Source: Candidatus Latescibacterota bacterium (lineage in GTDB: Bacteria; Latescibacterota; UBA2968; UBA8231). Taken from it: a stretch of 64,000 nucleotides of DNA. The stretch's first letter is position 1; every line of letters starts with the position of its first letter. The stretch spans positions 4,448,001 to 4,512,000 of the forward strand of contig OY730476.1 in the NCBI GenBank assembly GCA_963422735.1, given 5' to 3'. The position numbers and the translations under genes were made by a program. The notes under the pieces were generated by a model, which was given only the letters and a program-made list of their open reading frames with translations, was not told the origin of the DNA and did not search any database. Positions 39,577 through 49,436 of this stretch are shown here, one piece after another.

Positions 39577-42285
39577 ATGAGATCGCCTTTTTTTGTTGCG
39601 TCTCTATTTTGCCTCCTAGCCGGCGCGGCCACAGCCCAAGACTACGGCAGTCGGCTGGGCGTCCAGCGCGGCGGCAGGACCACGTTCGAGCCGCAGGGTT
39701 CGGGCGTTCTTTTTGATGCGATAGATCCCGCGCTAAAAAAGTGGTACATCCCGCAGGAACTCTTCAACGAGTACCGCTGGCGGCAGTGGGCGTATTCCAA
39801 TTACGCCCGCACACCGTACCAGCGCTACGTCGATGTGGCGTTGGAGGGCAGCTACTTCTACGACTTCTTCGGCAATTTTGTCAATCGCGGCTGGCTCATC
39901 TACAACAATAGCCAGAGCCAGCCCTTGCAGCGCGGCAACGAATTGTTCAAGGACAACCGCTTTGGCACTTGGTTTAACAGCCTGCTGATCGCCTCGGATT
40001 CCATCGGCGAGTACCACTACGCCCTCACTATTGGCAACGGCATCCGCACGACCCTGACGCCCATGACCTTTTCCAAGCCCGATTTCGACGGGGTTCAGTT
40101 CGACTTAGCCACGGACAAATACTTGCTCACTTTCCTGTATTCGCGGCTGAGCGAATCGGGTGGCTCGGGCACGAATGTAGAAGGCATCAACCGCACCAAT
40201 AATACCACGCTGATGGGAGGGCGCACCACCGTTCAAGTGGGAGATTTTACCACGCTGGGTTTCAACTTCGTCAATGCCCACCAGTCGAATACGCTCACCG
40301 ACGGCTTTGGCGGCAATCCCCTCGCGGGCGAACTGACCGTGGATCAGAAGAACGAAGCCATCTCTTGGATCGAAATTTTGCTCAGCGACGACTCGCCGGC
40401 CGATGGCGAGGGTGGCGCGGCGTTTTTCAGTGCCGGCTCGGACATCGTCATTACCTATTTGGACGGCAGCGTGGACCGCGGCAAGGAGATTGGGTTTGAA
40501 CCAGTCGTTGAAGGCGGCTTCCCGCAGGAGGGCTTTATCTCGGCCGACGGCAACGAGCAAATCCGCCTGCGCTACGATTTCAACAGCACGGATTTTTTGT
40601 TAGTCGCGTCGCAGGACAAATCGCAGATTCGCAAAGTCCAGTTCGACTTAGTGCTGGGCAACGACTACAAAGTGCAAGCCACGTCCAACCGCCAAACCGG
40701 CCGCAGCAACGACCCCATCTTCCTGCTGGTCGCACGGGCTACGGGCAACGTCAAGGACAACACCAATCTGCGGGTCGTCTCGTTTGAGTACGGCCTGCCC
40801 ACTGCGACGCAGATATTTGGGTTTACGCTCGCGTTGGAAGATGTCAAGGGCTTCCACTTGTACGGAGAGTGGGACAACAGCCGCACGTATCGCAAGTATC
40901 CCTATCCAAGCGCCGACCAAGGCAATACCGATCACAGCACCTCGTCGGGTACGTCCGAGAAGCCCTCGGCGGACGCCTTCATGCTCAACCTGTGGAAGCG
41001 CGCCTCTCCGTACTTCTTTTTTGCCGAGGCATTCCACATGGATCCGGATTATGCCACTTCGACATACATCAGCGAGCAGGACGGCTTCATCGACTACAAC
41101 TCCGGTTATTTTGCCGACCACAACCCAGGTAGCAACGAACGGTTCTTGGTGGAATTCGTCGAGGACAACGACGATCAAGACCGCATCCCGGATTGGGGCC
41201 GCAACGACGCCCTGTCGGTAGATCGCGCAGTCTTTCCGGGTTGGGACGAGAACAACGACTTCATTCCGGACTTCAACCAAAACGACAACGGTCGCGTTAT
41301 CAACCTAATCCCGGACTACGAAGAGCCTTTCCTCCGCCAACACGTAGATCGACCCGAATTTCTCTACGGCATTGACGCCAACAACAACGGCTGGGTCGAT
41401 CGTTTTGAAAACGACAATGAACCGGACTTTCCCTACAAGCGCGATCGCCGCGGCTTCAACGTGTATGCTGGAGTCAACATCACCCCGGCAATCCGCGCGA
41501 CCGTCGGGCATTTGCGCGAGGAGCGGATTACCTCAGACCAGCGCAACCGCGCCACATACGGCGTGCTAACCGTCGATGTGGATCATCCGAATTGGGGGCG
41601 GCTCAAGGTGATGGAAGTGCTCAAAAGCACAGCGGACGACATTCCGGACAACCTAATCCAGTGGGACAACCGCAACACGCTGCGCGACTCCCGCAACGTG
41701 GAAGTGCTGGACCCGCTGTTGGCACGCGACGCGCTCAACAATTCGCTGTACATCGGCCACACGTACGCGCCGCTAGAGGATTTGACGATTAAAAATTCGC
41801 TCAAATACGACCTGTGGCACCAGCGTCTCGGCCAAACGGCGCGCACCCAGTTCGGCTTGGACGAAGATGAGTTGTTCTTTGGCGTTATCAACAAGGCCGA
41901 TTATCTTGTCGAGCTGTCGCGCCTGCGGGTGCTGCCGAGATGGAAAAGCGAATACCGCCGCCAGACCTACGACCTGTTTACCAAGGACAATCGCGAAGAG
42001 CTGGCCGAGATATTTGGCGTAGTAGTAGAGCTGCCCGTGATGCGTCGCACGACTATAGCGACCGGCGTTGAATACGTGCTGTTTCGGGATCTGGAGGCCG
42101 AGATCAACAACTTCCAGTCCTTCATTACGGCGGGCCAAGTCACCAATGTGGCCGAATATCAGGGCTACGTGCTGACCACGCAGGTAGGCCTGAAGTTCGA
42201 CGCGCGCGACTTTGAAGATCCGGACATTAAAACTCGCACTGTGACGGAAGGCTTTATCACGGTGTACGCCGGCTTGGGTATCTAG
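39577..42285 (+). CDS. Large exported protein, probable outer-membrane beta-barrel with Asp-rich Ca-binding loops
   Basis: Signal peptide; amphipathic strands; DNDDQDRIPD, DENNDFIPD and DANNNGWVD; ends FITVYAGLGI. Confidence 0.7.
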   Translation: MRSPFFVASLFCLLAGAATAQDYGSRLGVQRGGRTTFEPQGSGVLFDAIDPALKKWYIPQELFNEYRWRQWAYSNYARTPYQRYVDVALEGSYFYDFFGNFVNRGWLIYNNSQSQPLQRGNELFKDNRFGTWFNSLLIASDSIGEYHYALTIGNGIRTTLTPMTFSKPDFDGVQFDLATDKYLLTFLYSRLSESGGSGTNVEGINRTNNTTLMGGRTTVQVGDFTTLGFNFVNAHQSNTLTDGFGGNPLAGELTVDQKNEAISWIEILLSDDSPADGEGGAAFFSAGSDIVITYLDGSVDRGKEIGFEPVVEGGFPQEGFISADGNEQIRLRYDFNSTDFLLVASQDKSQIRKVQFDLVLGNDYKVQATSNRQTGRSNDPIFLLVARATGNVKDNTNLRVVSFEYGLPTATQIFGFTLALEDVKGFHLYGEWDNSRTYRKYPYPSADQGNTDHSTSSGTSEKPSADAFMLNLWKRASPYFFFAEAFHMDPDYATSTYISEQDGFIDYNSGYFADHNPGSNERFLVEFVEDNDDQDRIPDWGRNDALSVDRAVFPGWDENNDFIPDFNQNDNGRVINLIPDYEEPFLRQHVDRPEFLYGIDANNNGWVDRFENDNEPDFPYKRDRRGFNVYAGVNITPAIRATVGHLREERITSDQRNRATYGVLTVDVDHPNWGRLKVMEVLKSTADDIPDNLIQWDNRNTLRDSRNVEVLDPLLARDALNNSLYIGHTYAPLEDLTIKNSLKYDLWHQRLGQTARTQFGLDEDELFFGVINKADYLVELSRLRVLPRWKSEYRRQTYDLFTKDNREELAEIFGVVVELPVMRRTTIATGVEYVLFRDLEAEINNFQSFITAGQVTNVAEYQGYVLTTQVGLKFDARDFEDPDIKTRTVTEGFITVYAGLGI

Positions 42286-42289
42286 GGCG

Positions 42290-44491
42290 GTGGGAAGACT
42301 CGCGCTCGTCTGGGGCGCGGCTTTTGCGCTGCGGCTGTTGTACATTTTCCAGAGTCAGCGCAGCCCGTTCTACGATTTCCCCCTCGTCGATGCCAAGACT
42401 TATACTCAAACGGCCGCGGCGATGGCCCTCGGCCATTTCGGCGATCAGCCCTTTTGGCAACCACCGCTCTATCCGCATTTTCTCGGCGCGCTCTACGCGC
42501 TTTTTGAGCCGAGTTTTACCCTGCCGCGCCTAGTCCAAGCTGCGCTGGGGGCCACGTTGTGCTTGCTGATTTTCCGCTTGGGGCGCGTCTTTTCGCCTGC
42601 TGTAGGCTATCTGGCGGCCGGGCTAGCCGCTTGCTACGGGCCTTTCATTTTTTTTGAGGCCGAGTTGCTGCCGCCGGCCCTCGCGCTGGTGCTAAACCTG
42701 CTCGCGCTATGGGCACTGTTGTGGGCGGCCGAGGGGCGACCGCAGCGGCTGCTGCTACCCGGGTTCCTCTTGGGTCTTTCCGCGCTGTGCGTGGCTAATG
42801 TGCTGGCGTTTGTGCCGGTAGCTGCGCTGTGGTTGGTATGGGTGCGTCGCGGCCGGTTCGTGGGGGTGGCCGTGCTGTGGTTGGGAACCGCTTTGGCCCT
42901 CGCGCCGGTCACCCTGCGCAATTACTATGTGAGCGGCGATTGGGTGCTTATTTCGTACAACGCAGGTCTCAATTTTTACATTGGCAACAACGCCCAATAC
43001 GATGAGACTGTGGCGATCCAGCCAGGGCCGGCGTGGTTGGAATTAACCGCGCGGCCGCGCGTGGAGGCCGGCGCGAGGCAGCCTTCGGCCCAATCCCGCT
43101 TTTTCTTTGCCGAGGCTTGGGATTTTATTCGCCAGCAGCCTTTTGCCTACCTGAAGCTGCTCCTGTACAAATTGTATCTGTTTTGGCATGGCGACGAGAT
43201 TGGCCGCAATCAGGACCTGTACTTTGCCCGCCAGTACGCGCCGTTGCTACAAGTGCTTTTGTGGAAGTACGGCGTGGCATTCCCCTTTGGGCTGCTGGCA
43301 CCGCTCTCGCTGGTGGGGCTGGGCCTGAGCTGTCGGAATGGCTTGCTGCGCCGCCCCGAACCCCTGTTGCTCGCATTATTCGCTGGCGCGTACATGCTGA
43401 CGGTGGTGGCTTTTTTCATTAGCGCGCGCTATCGCCTGCCCGCGATTCCCATTCTACTGATTTTTGCCGCATATGGTGGCCGGGAGCTCTACCTACTGTG
43501 GCGACGGGGAGCGCACCGCGACCTACTCGTCGGCTGCGGTGCCGCATTCCTGTTGGCTGTTGCGTGTAACTTTCGGATGGGGGCGATGAATGTGGAGGGC
43601 GACGCCCACACGCACTATCGATTGGGCTATGTGTACGAAAAAAAGGGTCTGACCATCAATGCGATGGCCGCTTATGAGCAAGCACTGACGCTCGACCCGG
43701 ACATCAAGTGGGCGCATTTCAACTTGGCCTCTTTGTATGCCCGAAGCGGCGAATACAACCGGGCTATTGCTGCATACGGCGAATGTATCCGCCGCTTTCC
43801 CGAAGCGGTGCGGGCGCGTCTGGCGCTGGGAAACGTCTATTTGCGAACCGGTCGCTACCCCGAAGCGATCGCTGCATACGAGGGCTTGTTAGATGCCAAG
43901 GATGTGGACGCGGCGGATCTCTACGGGCGGCTCGGCTATGCCCACGCCCAGTTGGGGCAATTGGAGCAAGCCGCGGCCGCGTATGAGGAGCTCGCAGCCG
44001 CCAAACCGGATTCGCTTCAGGCGCGCTTTCAGTTGGGCGAGCTATACGAGCGGCTGGAACGCTTGGACGCAGCCCGCGCCGAATATCGGCAGATCCTGGC
44101 GGCGGATTCGCTGCAGGCTACGGTGCGCTACCGCTTGGCCCGCTTGCTCTTCTTCGCCGACCAAGCCGGAGAGGCCAAGGCCCATTTGCTGCAAGTGATT
44201 GCCCGCAACCCGGACGCGATCGATGCCCGATTTCTATTGGCCACCCAGTATATTGTCGAGCACAGAGCCGCCGCCGCCATGGAACAGGTACAGGCCATTT
44301 TGGCCGTTCAGCCAGAGCACTATCAGGGCAACCGCTTGGCCGGCCATTTGTACATGGTCTTGGGGGATACGCTCAAAGGGGTGCAGCACTTAGAGCAGTT
44401 TACCGAGTACTATCAGGAGGGGCGCTCGGCGGAGATTTTTGAGCAACTTAAAGAGCAGTGGGAAGAGCGATTGAAGGGAGCTGTGCGCTAA
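42290..44491 (+). CDS. GT-C (PMT_2/ArnT-like) glycosyltransferase with C-terminal TPRs
   Basis: VDAKTY, QPPLYP.FL, NAGLNFYIGNN and ARYRLP, followed by TPRs. Confidence 0.88.
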   Translation: MGRLALVWGAAFALRLLYIFQSQRSPFYDFPLVDAKTYTQTAAAMALGHFGDQPFWQPPLYPHFLGALYALFEPSFTLPRLVQAALGATLCLLIFRLGRVFSPAVGYLAAGLAACYGPFIFFEAELLPPALALVLNLLALWALLWAAEGRPQRLLLPGFLLGLSALCVANVLAFVPVAALWLVWVRRGRFVGVAVLWLGTALALAPVTLRNYYVSGDWVLISYNAGLNFYIGNNAQYDETVAIQPGPAWLELTARPRVEAGARQPSAQSRFFFAEAWDFIRQQPFAYLKLLLYKLYLFWHGDEIGRNQDLYFARQYAPLLQVLLWKYGVAFPFGLLAPLSLVGLGLSCRNGLLRRPEPLLLALFAGAYMLTVVAFFISARYRLPAIPILLIFAAYGGRELYLLWRRGAHRDLLVGCGAAFLLAVACNFRMGAMNVEGDAHTHYRLGYVYEKKGLTINAMAAYEQALTLDPDIKWAHFNLASLYARSGEYNRAIAAYGECIRRFPEAVRARLALGNVYLRTGRYPEAIAAYEGLLDAKDVDAADLYGRLGYAHAQLGQLEQAAAAYEELAAAKPDSLQARFQLGELYERLERLDAARAEYRQILAADSLQATVRYRLARLLFFADQAGEAKAHLLQVIARNPDAIDARFLLATQYIVEHRAAAAMEQVQAILAVQPEHYQGNRLAGHLYMVLGDTLKGVQHLEQFTEYYQEGRSAEIFEQLKEQWEERLKGAVR

Positions 44492-44498
44492 CCTTCCC

Positions 44499-47177
44499 TC
44501 AATACGCCACGCCTACCGTGCGCACCCTACTCGTCTGACGCGCATCGCCATCTACGGAGAGCGACACCAAGTACAGCCCCGGCGGTACCCGATTGCCGTC
44601 GGCGTCGCGCCCATCCCAAGACAGACCGTCGTAGTGACCGCTCAGATCCGTTCCTGAGTAGAGCGACTTTACGAGGCGGCCAGACAGGTCGAGGACATGC
44701 ACTTCGACGGAGGTGGGTCGGGTCACCGCGAGGATGTCGTAGCCGATGGTCGCGGCGTCGTTGATGTCGTCGCCATTGGGGGTGAACACACTCGGCTCGA
44801 TGGCAAAGGAGCTGAACAGGTTGCCCTTGTTGATGTCTGGACTTAACACGGTGATTCCAGAGGCCGTGGGCAGGTCGCCTTCCCCCAAGAAGTCGGCGTT
44901 GCCCGCGGAGATGCGCTGGATGCTGCCGGCCTGCGACGACAGCACGGCCTGCCCGCGGAACAAGGTACTGTACAGCAGCACGCGCCCGCGGAACTTGATT
45001 TTTAGCAGCATCTGGCCGCCGTTGGCGGGTCGGGTGATTTGAGGAAAGCGCACGATCGCGTTGCGCTCGGTCACCGCTTGAATGACAAAGGAGCCGCCGT
45101 CCGCCGACTCTACGGCATAGGGCAGGGCGTGTTGGGTGCCGTCGAGTGTCTGTACCACGGCTTGGCCATTGGGAGCAGTCTCGATGTCGGCGTTTAGAAC
45201 CTGCTCGGCGACTAGGCGGTCGGGCAGTTCCCATATTTCGATCTGGTCGATGCCCAGCACTCGGTTAGAGGTTAGCAGTTCAAAGGTGTCGAACCCTTTG
45301 ACCCCGTCGAACTCCATTTTGGCGCGCACTGCATACGTGAAATCCACCGATTCAAAGACTTCCACCTCCCGCGGGAAGATCTCGGCGACGAGTTCCTCGG
45401 CAATCGGCGGCAGCAAGTATTCGATGGATAGCTGTTCCAATGCCTTCGTCGCGTTGATTTCGCTGTTGAGGAAATCGACAGAAAACTGGATGTAGCGACG
45501 CGGCCCCGGTGACAAAACCGGTGTGCCGCCCTCCCGTTCCCCCCCTTGGTGGGGCGACGACCAAGGGCTCCAGTTTTGTAGGTCCTCCGCGATTTCCCCC
45601 TTGCCCCAAACCTGCGGGGGCACGGCTTCGAGATCCGGCACGAGATCGAGGTATTCGTCGCGTGCGAGTTGTTCGCCCGGATGGTCTATGGAGGAGGCAA
45701 GCTGGTCATCTGACACGCGCTGCACGTTGCCGCGCTTGTAGAGTACCGGGGTTGGGTCGGTGCCCGTGCGAGTGCGGACGATGATCTCGGAGATGTCGCT
45801 GGCACCCCCTAGCTGGCGCAAGGGTTCGCTGGCCGTTGGCTCGGTGCTTTGCTGGCGGCCCGGCAGCACGGTCGCGCCGCAGTGGGTCTGGAAGCACTCG
45901 TACACGTTGGTGTAGCCTTGGTTCGCGGTAAAACGCGCCGTTGGAGCGCAGTCGCCGTAGTCGCTTGGGATGGCGTTGGTCGTGGTGAATACCGCGGATT
46001 CGACGCGGCAGGTACTGGCTTGGGGAGTGGGTCCGGTTAAATTGCTGCGGGTGCGCAAATCCACGGTTTTTTCGCGCCAGCTTACATTCCCCCAAGTGGC
46101 CGGTGCGCCCAAGTCGTACACGTGGGAGATGTAGCGGCTAGTGCCGATAAAGCCCTCGCCGAAGACCTCGAACTCGTCGATCTCATAGGGAAAGGAGGAC
46201 GTGGATTTGAGCCGCACAAAGCGCGCGGTCTGGGCGGGGTCAATCAACACTTCCACTACCGATTCTTCGTTGCTCGAGGTCTTCAGCAGCATCTCGAAGT
46301 CGTCGAGTTGGGGCACGAGGCGTCCGGTGCCGTCTAAGACGAGATTTTGCCCATTGTGGGCAAGCAACTCGAACTGGCGGATAAAGTCCGTCTGAAAGGG
46401 ATATTGGGGTGCGCTCTGCACGGTGTTGCGCGGATAGAAGCGGATGCGGTTGATGCCAATGGGGCTGCCGAGGTCGAGGACGATAAAGGTGCCTAAGGCC
46501 CCGAAGGTGCCCTTGCGGGCGAACGCATCTTCGGCTCCACCCGGCTCGATTAGCTCCAGCAGGGTCGCCTCCAGCGTAGATGCGGGCACGTCCTTGATGG
46601 CCGGTGCCGCAATGCCGCCGCCCCACCCGAGCGCGTGCAGGGCCACGTTCTCACCGCGGACGACGTGATCCGGGCTCAACAAGACCGGCAGGATGAGCGG
46701 ATCGACGCCTGCCGAGTACACCGACTCTAGTGCGGTGGCGACCCGCGCAACCGCTTCATCGAGGGGAATATCGTCTGCAAAATCAATGCGAATCAGGGAG
46801 AGTCCCTCGCGCTGGGCAGGCGTGATCGTCGTTGCCCCCGGCAGGGACGAGACTGCGTCTAGCAGCTTTTCTTCGGCTAGGGCCAGTTCTCCAGCGAGCA
46901 GTTCGGGCGGTGCTTGGATGAGGGTCTTGATCTGTACTTGGGGGCTTACCACCGCTAGATTGGACAGGTCAATGACGTTGCCCGGTACATTGCCGACCTC
47001 AGTGAAGAACCGGCTGACTTTGTATTCGGCAGGGAGCGGCTGCACGGCTGCGCCGAAGGTCTGCCCGGCCCAAGAGACGTTGCCGTTGTTGCCTACCCTC
47101 AGGGTATCGAGTGCCGGCAGGTCGGTGCCGAGTGCCAGTGCCCCCCAGAGGGTGGCCAACATGAGCCGATAAGGCAT
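44499..47177 (-). CDS. Large exported protein with C-terminal FlgD-Ig domain (paralog B)
   Basis: Signal peptide; DLG..INRIRFYPR, FTPNGDDIND and WDGRDADG.RVPPGLY. Confidence 0.85.
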   Translation of the reverse strand: MPYRLMLATLWGALALGTDLPALDTLRVGNNGNVSWAGQTFGAAVQPLPAEYKVSRFFTEVGNVPGNVIDLSNLAVVSPQVQIKTLIQAPPELLAGELALAEEKLLDAVSSLPGATTITPAQREGLSLIRIDFADDIPLDEAVARVATALESVYSAGVDPLILPVLLSPDHVVRGENVALHALGWGGGIAAPAIKDVPASTLEATLLELIEPGGAEDAFARKGTFGALGTFIVLDLGSPIGINRIRFYPRNTVQSAPQYPFQTDFIRQFELLAHNGQNLVLDGTGRLVPQLDDFEMLLKTSSNEESVVEVLIDPAQTARFVRLKSTSSFPYEIDEFEVFGEGFIGTSRYISHVYDLGAPATWGNVSWREKTVDLRTRSNLTGPTPQASTCRVESAVFTTTNAIPSDYGDCAPTARFTANQGYTNVYECFQTHCGATVLPGRQQSTEPTASEPLRQLGGASDISEIIVRTRTGTDPTPVLYKRGNVQRVSDDQLASSIDHPGEQLARDEYLDLVPDLEAVPPQVWGKGEIAEDLQNWSPWSSPHQGGEREGGTPVLSPGPRRYIQFSVDFLNSEINATKALEQLSIEYLLPPIAEELVAEIFPREVEVFESVDFTYAVRAKMEFDGVKGFDTFELLTSNRVLGIDQIEIWELPDRLVAEQVLNADIETAPNGQAVVQTLDGTQHALPYAVESADGGSFVIQAVTERNAIVRFPQITRPANGGQMLLKIKFRGRVLLYSTLFRGQAVLSSQAGSIQRISAGNADFLGEGDLPTASGITVLSPDINKGNLFSSFAIEPSVFTPNGDDINDAATIGYDILAVTRPTSVEVHVLDLSGRLVKSLYSGTDLSGHYDGLSWDGRDADGNRVPPGLYLVSLSVDGDARQTSRVRTVGVAY

Positions 47178-47298
47178 AAAAACCTGCCTGTTAGGAATGA
47201 ACATGCTAATATAAAACCTAGCCCAAAGAGTGCATAGCGGGTTTTTTTTTAGTATGTTGCATCCCCGCCCTCCACCCCTTAAAAGTCGAGGTCGAGAT

Positions 47299-49431
47299 AT
47301 GCTCTTTGTTGGTCTTTTGCTCGGCGTGCTGGTCGCCTCGCCGGCCCTCGCTTTCAACGCGTACAAACTCGGAGGCGAGGACGGCAATGCTTGGATGGCG
47401 GCCCTGTCCTTTGAGCCGGGCCACTACGCGGTGCTCGACAGCGCAGGCGCGCCGCTTGAGATGCGCCCGGTGGCTTCCAATATCGCCTATGCCACTTGGG
47501 AAGACACGCTCAACGAGATCGTCGATGCGGACGATGGGCAGTGGATGCGCCCGTTTTTCGTGCCGCCGGATCTGAACTTGGCGCACCCCGAGGTCCGCAC
47601 TCGCATCGCCCGCGGTATTTCCAACAACATCACCACCAGCGGAAGCTGCAGCGACATCTCTACCCAATTGGTGCAGGTTGCCCCCATGTTCGACGGCGAT
47701 CCCAACACGGCGGCGTTTTTCAACGTCAGCACTAGTGCAAGCAGCGGGATCCAGAGTCGGTTGTACGTGCAAAATTCGATTGTCGAGCTGGGTGTTAATT
47801 ATCCTATCAATCGCATCCGCTTCTACCCGCGACTGGGCACTACCAACCCCAAAATCGACGAACTGCTCGCGTTGATGGGAGAGCCGCGCTTGGCCAAGGA
47901 AGACTTGGCCGAGGAGGATTTCACCGAAAACTTTCTACCGTGGTACGAGGTCTCGGCGGCCAATAGCTCCAACAACTTTGCTTCCCACTGCTATTTGAGC
48001 ACCCCCGAAAACCGCTGGTTCACCCGGATAAGCAGCACCCGCGTGGACGCGCCCAACGACTCGCGACTACTTACCCTGAGCAAGGAAACCGAAAATTTGG
48101 ATCCAATCGTCGATATCCGCTTCCCAACCGAGCAGTTCCAGTGGGTGGCCGTGCGTTCGCTCAATCCGATTGAAAACTGGGAGATCGCCGAATTTGAGAT
48201 CTTTGGCGAAGGCTTTGTCGAACGCGCCGTGTACACCACGACCGTGCTCGACTTTGGTAATCCCATGGCGTGGGGCAAGATCCGCTGGGACGGCGCGTTC
48301 GAGGAGGGGTCTAGTGTGATTATTCGCACTCGCTCGGGTAGCGACCCAGACCCCAATTTGTACTGGGTGCCGAGCAATATAGAAGGCGAGCCGACGCAGC
48401 TAATCCGCAAGGAGTTTGAACGCGCCGATTTGTCCGTGCGCTTTACGACCCTCGACGAAGAAAACTGGAGCTTCTGGTCGGCACCCTACGCGCTGATGGC
48501 TGGTCAGCGCGACTCTACTCTAGAGGCGGCAGAGTGGGCAGACGGCACCCCAATTCTCTCGCCCGGCCCCGAACGCTATTTGCAAATCCAGGTCATCTTC
48601 CTGTCGAGCCTGCACCAGGCTGGCGCACTGCGCGAGCTAGAAATTCAGTTCGCGCCGCCGGCGGCCTTAGAGGTCGTCGGGGAGATTTGGCCGCAGGACG
48701 TCTCGCGCAGCGGGAGCACGAACTTCACCTATAGCGTGCGCCCGACCTTTGCTCCAGGCGACACGGGCTTTGATCGGCTGGAAATTTTCACCCTGACCCG
48801 CGCCGAGGCCGTACATGCCGTGCGCGTTGATGGCGTCGCCTTGGACAGCGACTTTCCGGTCGAAATCCACGACGACCGCATCGTCGTGGCCCTGCCCAAG
48901 CTGGCGGGCACGAACGACACGTACAAGCTCATCGAGGTGGAGTTCGCCGCCCACGTGGTGCGCTATGGAACCCAGTACCAAGGCTGGGTCTTCGACAGCG
49001 AGAGAGACGGCGTCAAACAGCTCATTGACCCTGGGGACGCCAACATTGACTTTCCGGGCAACGCCCTCGGGGTGCGCACCGACGAGCTGGGCGCGAATCC
49101 GCTGACGCAAGTTCGCGTCGCGCCCAATCCATTCACCCCCAATGGCGATGGCCTTAACGACGCGGCCGAATTCCGCTTTCAGCTACACGACGTGTCGGTG
49201 CAGCGTGCGCTCACCGTGGGCATCTTCGATCTGGCTGGCCGGCCGGTGCGCCAGCTAAGGCATTTAAGCGCGATTCGCGGCTTGTTCGACCGCGGAGCAG
49301 CCGTGCCGGTGTGGGATGGACGCGACGACGCGGGCCAACAGGTGCCTCCGGGCCACTATATCTATCGCATCTCACTGGACACAGATGCAGAGACCGCGAG
49401 TCGGGTTGGCACTATCTCGCTCGTCTATTGA
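47299..49431 (+). CDS. Large exported protein with C-terminal FlgD-Ig domain (paralog C)
   Basis: Signal peptide ALA; INRIRFYPR, PNPFTPNGDGLND and WDGRDDAG..VPPG.Y. Confidence 0.85.
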   Translation: MLFVGLLLGVLVASPALAFNAYKLGGEDGNAWMAALSFEPGHYAVLDSAGAPLEMRPVASNIAYATWEDTLNEIVDADDGQWMRPFFVPPDLNLAHPEVRTRIARGISNNITTSGSCSDISTQLVQVAPMFDGDPNTAAFFNVSTSASSGIQSRLYVQNSIVELGVNYPINRIRFYPRLGTTNPKIDELLALMGEPRLAKEDLAEEDFTENFLPWYEVSAANSSNNFASHCYLSTPENRWFTRISSTRVDAPNDSRLLTLSKETENLDPIVDIRFPTEQFQWVAVRSLNPIENWEIAEFEIFGEGFVERAVYTTTVLDFGNPMAWGKIRWDGAFEEGSSVIIRTRSGSDPDPNLYWVPSNIEGEPTQLIRKEFERADLSVRFTTLDEENWSFWSAPYALMAGQRDSTLEAAEWADGTPILSPGPERYLQIQVIFLSSLHQAGALRELEIQFAPPAALEVVGEIWPQDVSRSGSTNFTYSVRPTFAPGDTGFDRLEIFTLTRAEAVHAVRVDGVALDSDFPVEIHDDRIVVALPKLAGTNDTYKLIEVEFAAHVVRYGTQYQGWVFDSERDGVKQLIDPGDANIDFPGNALGVRTDELGANPLTQVRVAPNPFTPNGDGLNDAAEFRFQLHDVSVQRALTVGIFDLAGRPVRQLRHLSAIRGLFDRGAAVPVWDGRDDAGQQVPPGHYIYRISLDTDAETASRVGTISLVY

Positions 49432-49436
49432 TTCAG

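Noticed and set aside
31056-49431. Flagellar hook-capping (flgD) genes
   Set aside because: Only the C-terminal Ig domain matches; the proteins have Sec signal peptides and no flagellar genes are nearby.
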